Positions 38,116-46,082 of a stretch of 64,000 nt of DNA are shown here, in pieces (position 1 is the stretch's first letter; every line of letters begins with the position of its first letter). The position numbers were made by a program, and so were the translations under genes. The DNA is from Acidobacteriota bacterium (GTDB lineage Bacteria > Actinomycetota > Acidimicrobiia > Spongiisociales > ZC4RG35): NCBI GenBank assembly GCA_022573225.1, contig JACZUI010000007.1, positions 2,183-66,182 on the forward strand, in the 5' to 3' direction. Below the pieces are notes generated by a model. The model did not search any database and was not told the origin of the DNA. It was given only the letters and a program-made list of their open reading frames with translations.

Positions 38116-39609
38116 ATGAAGCAGATCAACCACTGGATCGACGGTCGGCTCTCGGCGGGCTCGACAGGACGAGTCGGGCCGGTTTTCAATCCCGCCTCCG
38201 GTGCGCAGACGGGCGAAGTCGCCATGGCTTCTGCGGATGACGTCGACACCGCGGTCCAAGCGGCGCGGCGAGCCTACGAGACATGGGGTGACTCATCCCT
38301 GACATCACGGCAGAACATCATGTTTGCGTTCCGAGAGTTGCTCGCGGCGAGGCGGATGGATTTCGCCAAGTTCCTCACGGCCGAGCACGGCAAGACCATC
38401 GACGACGCAATGGGCGAGGTCCAGCGGGGCCTCGAGGTTGTCGAATTCGCCTGCAACATCGCCCATCTTCTCAAAGGCGACTTCTCCGCGCAGGTCTCGA
38501 CCGGCGTCGACACGTACACGATCCGCCAGCCCCTCGGGGTGGTGGTCGGGATCACCCCTTTCAACTTCCCGGCAATGGTGCCCATGTGGATGTATCCAAT
38601 CGCGATTGCGTGCGGTAACACGTTCATCCTCAAACCGTCGGAGAAGGATCCGTCCTCCTCACTGCTGGCCGCCGAGTTGTTGGCCGAGGCGGGTCTGCCC
38701 GATGGAGTCTTCAACGTCGTGCAGGGAGACAAGGAGGCTGTCGATGCCTTGATCACCCATCCCGACATCGCCGCGATTTCGTTCGTCGGCTCCACTCCGG
38801 TTGCCCGCTATATCTACGAGACGGGTACTCACCATGGAAAGCGAGTTCAGGCTCTCGGCGGCGCCAAGAACCACATGGTTGTTCTCCCCGATGCCGACAT
38901 CGACCTCGCCGCCGACGCGGCCGTTTCTGCCGGATACGGGTCGGCGGGCGAGCGATGCATGGCTATTTCCGCTGTGGTCACCGTGGGCGACGCCGGTGAT
39001 CGGCTGATCGAAGGGGTCCGTACCCGAATCGAGAAGCTCAAGATCGGTCCCGGCGACGAGACCGGGGTGGAGATGGGCCCCCTGGTCACACGTCAGCATC
39101 TCGAGAAAGTTCGGAGCTACGTCGACGCCGGAGAATCTGAAGGAGCGCTGCTGATTGCCGACGGCCGCGACTTTGTGGTCGACGGCTACCAGGACGGCTT
39201 TTTCCTGGGCCCAACGCTGTTCGACAACGTCACGCCCGACATGTCGATCTACACCGATGAGATCTTCGGCCCGGTGCTTTCAACCGTGCGGATGGAGCAC
39301 TACGAGGAGGCCATTGAGTTGATCAACAAGAACCCCTACGGGAACGGCACGGCGGTGTTCACCAACGACGGCGGGGCTGCCCGCAAGTTCCAACAGGAGA
39401 TCCAGGTCGGAATGGTGGGGATCAACGTTCCGATTCCGGTGCCACTTTCGTTCTACAGCTTTGGCGGATGGAAGGATTCGATCTTCGGGTCGCATGCGAT
39501 CTACGGGCCGGAGGGAATCCACTTCTACACGCGTCAGAAGGTGGTCATTTCGCGCTGGGCCGATCCGCTTCATCGGGGCGTGGATCTCGGGTTCCCCACC
39601 CACGGCTGA
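38116..39609 (+). CDS. mmsA: Methylmalonate-semialdehyde dehydrogenase (CoA-acylating)
   Basis: ALDH fold with catalytic GERCMA. The C-terminal VGINVPIPVPLSFYSFGGWKDSIFG is characteristic of MmsA. Confidence 0.85.
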   Translation: MKQINHWIDGRLSAGSTGRVGPVFNPASGAQTGEVAMASADDVDTAVQAARRAYETWGDSSLTSRQNIMFAFRELLAARRMDFAKFLTAEHGKTIDDAMGEVQRGLEVVEFACNIAHLLKGDFSAQVSTGVDTYTIRQPLGVVVGITPFNFPAMVPMWMYPIAIACGNTFILKPSEKDPSSSLLAAELLAEAGLPDGVFNVVQGDKEAVDALITHPDIAAISFVGSTPVARYIYETGTHHGKRVQALGGAKNHMVVLPDADIDLAADAAVSAGYGSAGERCMAISAVVTVGDAGDRLIEGVRTRIEKLKIGPGDETGVEMGPLVTRQHLEKVRSYVDAGESEGALLIADGRDFVVDGYQDGFFLGPTLFDNVTPDMSIYTDEIFGPVLSTVRMEHYEEAIELINKNPYGNGTAVFTNDGGAARKFQQEIQVGMVGINVPIPVPLSFYSFGGWKDSIFGSHAIYGPEGIHFYTRQKVVISRWADPLHRGVDLGFPTHG

Positions 39610-39731
39610 ATCCTGGGCCTGTAGGGGCCACTGAGGAGCCGGTCAGCCCGCACATAGTGGGACGCTCCCGAGCTACGGCGCTGTAGCGGAAGGTGTAGGT
39701 TCAGAAGAACTCTGACGAACAGGAGGGAGTC

Positions 39732-39983
39732 ATGGAAGAGCAGAAAGACGTGGTTCTTTCCATCCATCTGACCGAGGACGAGACGGCCACCTCGGCGCTG
39801 GCGGTCCTGGATCTTCGGGGCGACCACTTCGAGGCAACAGGAAGCGCTCGGCGTAATCCGACCGATCCTCCCAAGCCATTGATCGGCGAAGAATTGGCCA
39901 TTGCCCGTGCCCTCGCCGGGTTGGAAAGTCAGATCATGGACGCCGCCCAGGAAAAGATCGAGGCGTTTGTAGCCGAGCAGTAG
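39732..39983 (+). CDS. DUF1876-like small protein
   Basis: 83 aa. The pattern T.A.A.L...G......G.ARRNP.D....IGEELA.ARAL..L recalls DUF1876. GGAGGGAG Shine-Dalgarno upstream. Confidence 0.55.
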   Translation: MEEQKDVVLSIHLTEDETATSALAVLDLRGDHFEATGSARRNPTDPPKPLIGEELAIARALAGLESQIMDAAQEKIEAFVAEQ

Positions 39984-40062
39984 GGAGGATGCTCGCTGCC
40001 TATTTGACGGCCATTGCTTCTCCATACTGGTTGGCATGTCGATCTGACATCATCGTGGTGAA

Positions 40063-40770
40063 ATGAAGATCGGTCTGCTGGTTTGTGATCATGTTCGGGC
40101 TGCGCACCTCGACATCGCAGGGGATTACGACGAGATGTTCACCCGACTCTTCGATCATCGCGACGACGTCGAGCTGGTCACATACGACGTCGTCAACGGT
40201 GGAATGCCCGGCAGTGCCACCGAATGCGATGCCTGGCTCACGACCGGATCGAGGTATTCCGTGAACGACGACGAGCAGTGGATACGCGACCTCGAGGCAT
40301 TCGTCCGTGAAGTGGCTGAGGATCGAGTGCCGCTCGTCGGCGTGTGCTTCGGCCATCAACTCATCGCCAAGGCCCTCGGCGGCTCTGTGGTGAAGAGCGA
40401 GCGTGGCTGGGGGGTGGGGATCGGGGAGGTTGAGATCGCCGATGGCTTGGACTGGGCCACGAACACGGGCTCGTACCGGGTGGCAAACATTCACCAGGAT
40501 CAGGTTGATCAGCTACCACCCGACGCCGAGATACTCGGGTGGAACGATCATTGCCCCGTCTCGATGATGAGTGTTGGTTCCACGATTCTTGGTATTCAGG
40601 GTCATCCAGAGATGGGACCCGATTACGTCGAGGCCGTGGTGCAGATGAGAAGGGGAACTCTGATTCCCGAGGATGTCGTGGAGGAAGGGTTGGCCTCATT
40701 GGTCAACGAACCCGACACAACGATGCTCGCCGACTGGATCATCGGGTTCCTCGGGACGGCGATGTCCTAA
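40063..40770 (+). CDS. Class I glutamine amidotransferase-like protein
   Basis: GVCFGHQ catalytic Cys elbow and GIQGHPE His motif. Confidence 0.8.
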   Translation: MKIGLLVCDHVRAAHLDIAGDYDEMFTRLFDHRDDVELVTYDVVNGGMPGSATECDAWLTTGSRYSVNDDEQWIRDLEAFVREVAEDRVPLVGVCFGHQLIAKALGGSVVKSERGWGVGIGEVEIADGLDWATNTGSYRVANIHQDQVDQLPPDAEILGWNDHCPVSMMSVGSTILGIQGHPEMGPDYVEAVVQMRRGTLIPEDVVEEGLASLVNEPDTTMLADWIIGFLGTAMS

Positions 40771-41057
40771 CCCCCGATCGAACAAATTTCGCAGCACGTC
40801 CGCGCGATGAATCAGAACGCAATTCTCATGGTGGAAGATATGGGTTCAGCCGATCATGATGTCCAGATTCTGACTGACCGGGTTTGGCATGCTCAGCGTG
40901 GCTGTGTTGTTGTTCGATGTCGACCGCCCGTATTTCCGTTGTGGGCGGGTGTTGTGGCGATGGCTAGTCCATTGGAGGTTTCTCGCAATAGCCCCCAAGT
41001 CGAACACCGGTAGATGTCGATAAGAAAGACAACGCTCGACATGTAGCGCTCCCACCT

Positions 41058-41090
41058 AAGAAGGCCCCTCGATTCCGGGGGGCCTTCTTT
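41058..41090 (+). terminator. Strong terminator-like hairpin inside an otherwise unannotated region
   Basis: AAGAAGGCCCC-(10 nt)-GGGGCCUUCUU: an 11-bp stem followed by UCAU. No annotated gene ends just upstream. Confidence 0.45.
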
Positions 41091-41363
41091 CATGGAGACC
41101 GCGATGAAAGCGATCGTCCAATACGAGTACGGGCACCTGATGTGACGTCATCCTCGAGACTGCGCGGACCGTTCGTTGTCGGATGTTTGGTTCCGGTCGT
41201 ACAGTCAGAGCACCTTGTTGTCACCGTTTGTGAGCCAGAGGCTGCGTCCGTTCCTTTCCATGCCAAACAAGGAGGGACGGTCTCAGCGGACTGGGACCGC
41301 TTCGGTCTCGCCGGGGCCGTCAGCGGAGATGGCGAGGCATGTCTGGCCGGATAGGCTTCGCTG

Positions 41364-42245
41364 ATGGATATCGGTCGTGTCGGGCTCTGGACGTTTCTGC
41401 TCGATGAGCATCCGACCTCACGCGTGCGCGAATTGGCTCAGGAGATCGAGGAGATGGGGTGGCCGACCTTGTGGCGGCCCGAGTCGACTGGCCGTGATGC
41501 CCTGGTGTCTTCGAGTGTCCTGTTGGATGCCACATCTCGGCTGGTCGTGGCGTCGGGCATCGCACAGATCTATGCACGGCATCCCGTGACAACCGCAGCA
41601 GCTCAGAAGACGCTGTTCGAGGCTCACGAGGGCCGATTCCTGCTCGGTTTGGGGGTGTCCCATGCCCCCTCCGTGGAGGGAATCCGCAAACTCGAATACC
41701 GGACTCCCTACTCGGACATGGTGGCCTACCTGGAGGCCATGGCGGAAGCTCCGTATACCGCTGTGGAGCCTGCCACCAAGCCGCCCACTGTTCTTGCTGC
41801 CCTTGGGCCGCGGATGCTGAAACTGAGTGCCGAAGCCGCAGACGGTGCCCACCCATATTTCACCCCACCTGAGCACACGGCGATGGCCCGCGACATTCTC
41901 GGGACAGGCCCACTTCTGGCTCCAGAGCAGATGGTGGTCATCGATGCCGACCTTGACAGGGCACGGAGTGTGGCCAGAGCGAATATGGCTCGCTATCTCA
42001 GATTGCCCAACTACACCAACAATCTGTTGCGCTGTGGATTCACTCAAAGTGACATCGATGACATGACGGACCGGCTAGTCGATGGGATCGTCGCCTGCGG
42101 TGACATAGACGTCACGGTCGAGAGGGTTCAACAACATCTCGATGCCGGCGCCGACCACGTCTGCATCCAGGTCCTCGTAGCCGACAACGATCTCGATATC
42201 ACCATCGAGCACTGGCACCATCTGGCCGACGCCTTCAACCTCTGA
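41364..42245 (+). CDS. LLM-class probable F420-dependent oxidoreductase
   Basis: Luciferase-like fold. The N-terminal GLWTF.LDE....VRELA.EIEE.GW..LW.PE pattern fits the TIGR03620-like group. Confidence 0.75.
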   Translation: MDIGRVGLWTFLLDEHPTSRVRELAQEIEEMGWPTLWRPESTGRDALVSSSVLLDATSRLVVASGIAQIYARHPVTTAAAQKTLFEAHEGRFLLGLGVSHAPSVEGIRKLEYRTPYSDMVAYLEAMAEAPYTAVEPATKPPTVLAALGPRMLKLSAEAADGAHPYFTPPEHTAMARDILGTGPLLAPEQMVVIDADLDRARSVARANMARYLRLPNYTNNLLRCGFTQSDIDDMTDRLVDGIVACGDIDVTVERVQQHLDAGADHVCIQVLVADNDLDITIEHWHHLADAFNL

Positions 42246-42254
42246 TGGGCCGCG

Positions 42255-42708
42255 TCAGATGGCTCGACCTATCTGCTTCAGGTGGGTGTTGAAGTCAGCT
42301 TTGAGATCCTTGTTCCGTTTCATCAGGAACAATTCGAGTTGGAACGCGTCGGCTAGAGCAGTCCCTGATGCGATTTCGGATGCGAGGTCGTGTTCTCGTG
42401 CCAAAGCAAGCGATGCACCGTCGAAGACAGTTTCGAGTGTGTCGGCTTCGAAGACGATCAGACCATCTGCATCCCCAAATATCCACATACCTGGCGCGAT
42501 TGTCACTCCTCGGATTCCGCGAGTTCGACGGTGTCTCGCACCATTCCGTCGATCACGAATCCGGCTAGATGTTTCCTGACGGCTTCGGTTCCGATCAAAC
42601 CACCGATCAACCACGCTCTTCATCGACGAGGACGGCGTGATCGTGGCCGTCGAGGAAGGCAACACGGGAGAGTTGAGAGCGATCATTGCCCAATTGGGCT
42701 GGTGAGTG
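42255..42708 (-). pseudogene. RraA / HMG-aldolase family gene disrupted by at least two frameshifts
   Basis: Family-like segments lie in three different minus-strand frames: VAFLDGHDHAVLVDEERG (stop 42609-42607), then AWLIGGLIGTEAVRKHLAGFVIDGMVRDTVELAESEE (stop 42505-42503), then GVTIAPGMWIFGDADGLIVF... Confidence 0.55.
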
Positions 42709-42881
42709 TCAGCTAACGCCCGAGGAACTCGATCCGACGCAGGGATGAGCAAGACTGCCCATCAGACAAAGGCAAAACTCAGCCGCACATTGCGTCGGTT
42801 ACTTAGCTCAACAGTGACGGTGGCAAGCCATCCTCGGTGACCGGCCTCTGCCTAGGTTCCTGCCGTTTCCGGCAGTGATGC

Positions 42882-43244
42882 TCAAATACTGACTACCCGG
42901 TCTGCTGCGACCGTGTAGTTGGCGAAGTCGACCGGGGTGATGAACGTGGCGTTCTTGCCTTCTAGATCCTGCTCGGAGACCCCACGGGCCTTTCCGCAGC
43001 CACCTCAGACGTAGACCGGAACACCATGTTCGATGATCTTCGGCCACAACTCTTTCAGTGGCGGCCAGCCGACACCGTCGATCTGATCGGACACGGAGTC
43101 CTTCATCAGATACGTGGCCTCCCCAAGAAGCACCAACTCTGGCTCATGACCAGCGTCAATGGCACCAATGGCTCCAACAAACGGGATAGTCGCCCGTGTC
43201 GGATCATCCGACCCATAAGTGCTGGTGTAGAGAATCGTCGCCAT
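42882..43244 (-). CDS. DsrE-family small protein, 120 codons with an in-frame TGA (43007-43005) read as candidate selenocysteine in a U-G-G-C motif
   Basis: GGAGG lies 6 nt upstream of ATG 43244. The translation MATILYTSTYGSDDP...HGVPVYV-TGA-GGCGKARGVSEQDLEGKNATFITPVDFANYTVAADRVVSI has DsrE-like size and pattern. The TGA falls where the family has the Cys of a CxxC-like site. Forty GC3-rich codons follow it, and a hairpin lies downstream. Confidence 0.55.
42974..42996 (-). promoter_or_regulatory. SECIS-like stem-loop downstream of the DsrE-like TGA
   Basis: Minus strand CGGA-AA-GGCC(C)-GUG-(G)GGUC-UCCG: a bipartite stem with an AA bulge. The apical loop carries G and U at +23/+24 from the U of UGA. 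Confidence 0.45.
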
Positions 43245-43469
43245 TATTCCTCCAATCTCCCCCGACAGCGTCCGTGCCAAGGGGTCGTCCGGGGACGCTG
43301 CCAAGGATCGCCACAGCCAAACCTACACCCCACGTCAAGTTGATGTGGGCTAGAAATCGTCCAGGCGAGCACGAATCGATCACAGGGCCCAAACGTTGCA
43401 ATGGCCCCCTGTGATCTTCCCCGGTTTTCCGGACGGTTTGATGTTCGTCTGCGTGAGAGTCTCGATCAA

Positions 43470-44804
43470 TCACGCCCAGCTGATGTGAGCGAGGGTGGAG
43501 GTGGTGCAGTAGAAAAGGCCGCCTTCGCCGTCCGGTGATAGGAACATGCCGTTGGCGATACGGGACCCGGTTTCAGCTCGATCGATCAGGAGCCCGCTTG
43601 CGATGTCGACGACAACTACGTCGTCAGTCCGGTCTTTCGTGAAGTCGTTGATGGCAAGCTCACCGGATTCGGGGTATACCACCGGCTGCATTGACGGCCG
43701 AATGTCCAGTTGCCAGCTGACTTCGAGTCCATCGCCGCTCGTGTCGATCCCCGCCAGACCACCATTGATCGAGTCCCAGGCGATCGCCATCCCATACTCG
43801 GGGACGTGGACCGGGGGAGCGATGATCCCTCCTCCGGGGGTTCCGAAGGGCTCGATTGTCTGGACGTTGCGTTCATCGGTGAGGTCGAATCGGATAAGTC
43901 TCTGTGCGCCCGTCCAAGGTGCTGGAAGCCTCCAAGACAGGTCGCTGCCAGGAGGAGACCGGAACCGACCGTTGGGTTCCAGCTGATGGATGCGTCGGAC
44001 TGACTCGATATCTCCACAATCCATCATCCAACCAGCGCCGTCTGTGAGGCATATGTCCCAGCCCAGACCCCATCGGTCGTCCGGTTCGCGATAGCGCGGC
44101 TGCCAGTCGTCGACCACCAGCCCATCGGGTTCAACCACCAGGCGCCAAATATGCTCTGTGCCTGGTACATAAATGTACTCCGCCCCCATGTCGTCGATGT
44201 CAGCAGCGATCCGTCCCATCGACCCTTCTGGGAGTACCAACGGTTCGTGGACGAGCTCGAGGGTGTCGGGATCGACGCGAGTGATCGTGGTGCCGCCTTG
44301 GCCTTCGAGGCGAAGGTCCTTTGTGATCAGTGTCCCGTCACCCAACGCAAGGAGCCCGTTGTGACTCCGGTCAACTGGAAGCTCGCGCTCGACGAGTATC
44401 GACAGGTCATCGGGATCTAGGCGGTGCAAGTAGGAGCCGTTGACGGACATGATGGATCCGTTGGCGTGAGCAAGGATTGCTCCGCACCAAACATGGTCGC
44501 CACATTGCAGTTCTCCGGAGCTGGCCAGCGGTTCTAGAGAATCGGGGTCGATTCGCTCCACCCATCCGAAAGGAGGAGGGCCGCTGAAGGCAGCCATCGT
44601 GCCGCCCAAATACCACTCTTCGGAGTCACGTCGAATGACCATGACATTCCAACGGTCATTTCGCCGAGTAGTGGTTCTGGCCGTGCCGCCGGCTGCGTCA
44701 AGCCGACCGGGTGCAGCCTTCTGACGCCTGTTGCCGCCGCACTCGACCGGCCAGGACGACGACCAATAGCCACCGTGCGGTTCGGTTCTGTCGAGAAGCG
44801 TCAT
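43470..44804 (-). CDS. Hypothetical protein, probably beta-propeller-like. Start uncertain (ATG 44804 or 44642).
   Basis: Long GC3-rich ORF with repeated beta-strand-rich segments. I recognise no family signature. The first roughly 54 codons are Arg-rich and look non-protein-like. Confidence 0.55.
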   Translation of the reverse strand: MTLLDRTEPHGGYWSSSWPVECGGNRRQKAAPGRLDAAGGTARTTTRRNDRWNVMVIRRDSEEWYLGGTMAAFSGPPPFGWVERIDPDSLEPLASSGELQCGDHVWCGAILAHANGSIMSVNGSYLHRLDPDDLSILVERELPVDRSHNGLLALGDGTLITKDLRLEGQGGTTITRVDPDTLELVHEPLVLPEGSMGRIAADIDDMGAEYIYVPGTEHIWRLVVEPDGLVVDDWQPRYREPDDRWGLGWDICLTDGAGWMMDCGDIESVRRIHQLEPNGRFRSPPGSDLSWRLPAPWTGAQRLIRFDLTDERNVQTIEPFGTPGGGIIAPPVHVPEYGMAIAWDSINGGLAGIDTSGDGLEVSWQLDIRPSMQPVVYPESGELAINDFTKDRTDDVVVVDIASGLLIDRAETGSRIANGMFLSPDGEGGLFYCTTSTLAHISWA

Positions 44805-45004
44805 CGGGTGAGCGTCATCAGCCTTGAGCCCACCATAGGAGGCCTTGGGAGGTCGCTGTTTGAGTCGGGTTGACCGAGAACATTGGCTCTAGTCGGTCAG
44901 TGGCCCCACCAACCTGGAGCAGGCCACGACCCAGGGCCCACTACCCAGCCCCACAAATCAGTAGAAGCGCGGGGGCAAGGGCGTGCGTGAGCTAACTTTG
45001 CCCA

Positions 45005-46006
45005 ATGGACTTTGGCGTCGTTCTTCAAACTGATCCACCCGCCTCCCGAGTTGTCGAGTTCGCTCGCAAGGCGGAGTCACTGGGGTTCTCCCACACGTGG
45101 ACATTCGACAGCCACGTCCTGTGGCAGGAGCCGTTCGTGATCTACTCCCGCATCCTTGCCGAAACGGAGAAGATGATCGTGGGTCCGATGGTCACCAACC
45201 CCGGCACGCGTGACTGGACCGTTATCGCATCCACATTCGCCACCCTCAACGACATGTATGGGCCGCGGACCATCTGCGGGATTGGGCGGGGCGACTCGGC
45301 TCTGAGATACATCGGTCGCAAGCCGCAGACGCTGGCGACGTTGGTCGAGTCGATGGACATCATCAAGCGCCTGGTGGCCGGCGAGACCGTCGAGTACAAC
45401 GGCAAGGATCTCCGCATGCCCTGGATCGAGGAGGGCTGGGACCTCCCGATGTGGGTTGCGGGGTACGGTCCCAAGGCGTTGGCGACGATTGGTCGGCACG
45501 CAGACGGGTTCATCCTCCAGTTGGCCGATCCGCAGATCCTGGAATGGACGATGGCAGCGGTCCACAAGGCGGCGCTCGAGGCCGGCCGCAACCCCGACGA
45601 CATCGCTATTTGCGTGGTGGCTCCTGCCTATGTGGGGGACAACATCGATCACCAGCGTGATCAGCTCCGCTGGTTCGGGGGGATGGTGGGCAACCATGTG
45701 GTCGACCTGGTCAACCGATACGGCGACGACGAGTCAAGGGTGCCGAAGGTCCTTTCCGACTACATCAAGGCCCGCGAGTCCTACGACTATGACCATCATG
45801 GGAGGGCGGGCAACAAATCAACAGACTTCGTGCCCGACGAGATCGTCGACAGGTTCTGTCTGGTGGGCCCCGCCGAGTCCCATATCGAGAAGCTTTCCCT
45901 TCTCAAGGACATGGGTGTCGATCAGTTCGGCCTCTACCTGATGCACGACGACATGGACGGGACTCTGCAGGCGTATGGCGAGGGCATCATCGACGCAGTC
46001 GGCTGA
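45005..46006 (+). CDS. LLM-class F420-dependent oxidoreductase (Mer-like)
   Basis: MDFGVVLQTDPP...LGFSHTWTFDSH and GIGRGDSA are luciferase-like monooxygenase motifs. Confidence 0.8.
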   Translation: MDFGVVLQTDPPASRVVEFARKAESLGFSHTWTFDSHVLWQEPFVIYSRILAETEKMIVGPMVTNPGTRDWTVIASTFATLNDMYGPRTICGIGRGDSALRYIGRKPQTLATLVESMDIIKRLVAGETVEYNGKDLRMPWIEEGWDLPMWVAGYGPKALATIGRHADGFILQLADPQILEWTMAAVHKAALEAGRNPDDIAICVVAPAYVGDNIDHQRDQLRWFGGMVGNHVVDLVNRYGDDESRVPKVLSDYIKARESYDYDHHGRAGNKSTDFVPDEIVDRFCLVGPAESHIEKLSLLKDMGVDQFGLYLMHDDMDGTLQAYGEGIIDAVG

Positions 46007-46019
46007 CGTGTAGCGGCCC

Positions 46020-46066
46020 GAGCGTGTGCAAATCACGGCGTCCAGCCCCGGGATCTGCACACGCTC
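46020..46066. terminator. Perfect 11-bp inverted repeat between convergent genes (possible bidirectional terminator)
   Basis: GAGCGTGTGCA-(25 nt)-TGCACACGCTC. It lies between the stop at 46006 (+) and the stop at 46083 (-). No clear U-tract. Confidence 0.4.
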
Positions 46067-46082
46067 AACCGCTGCGCGATCG

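Noticed and set aside
40807-41013. 68-aa ORF in the AT-richer intergenic stretch
   Set aside because: Third-codon positions are AT-rich, unlike every confident gene in the window. There is no SD, and the second half has implausible composition. I treated the region as possible ncRNA or remnant DNA instead.
42503-42609. The TGA stops inside the RraA-like gene as further Sec codons
   Set aside because: Family similarity resumes in a different frame after each stop, so these are frameshifts. No Cys is expected at these positions.
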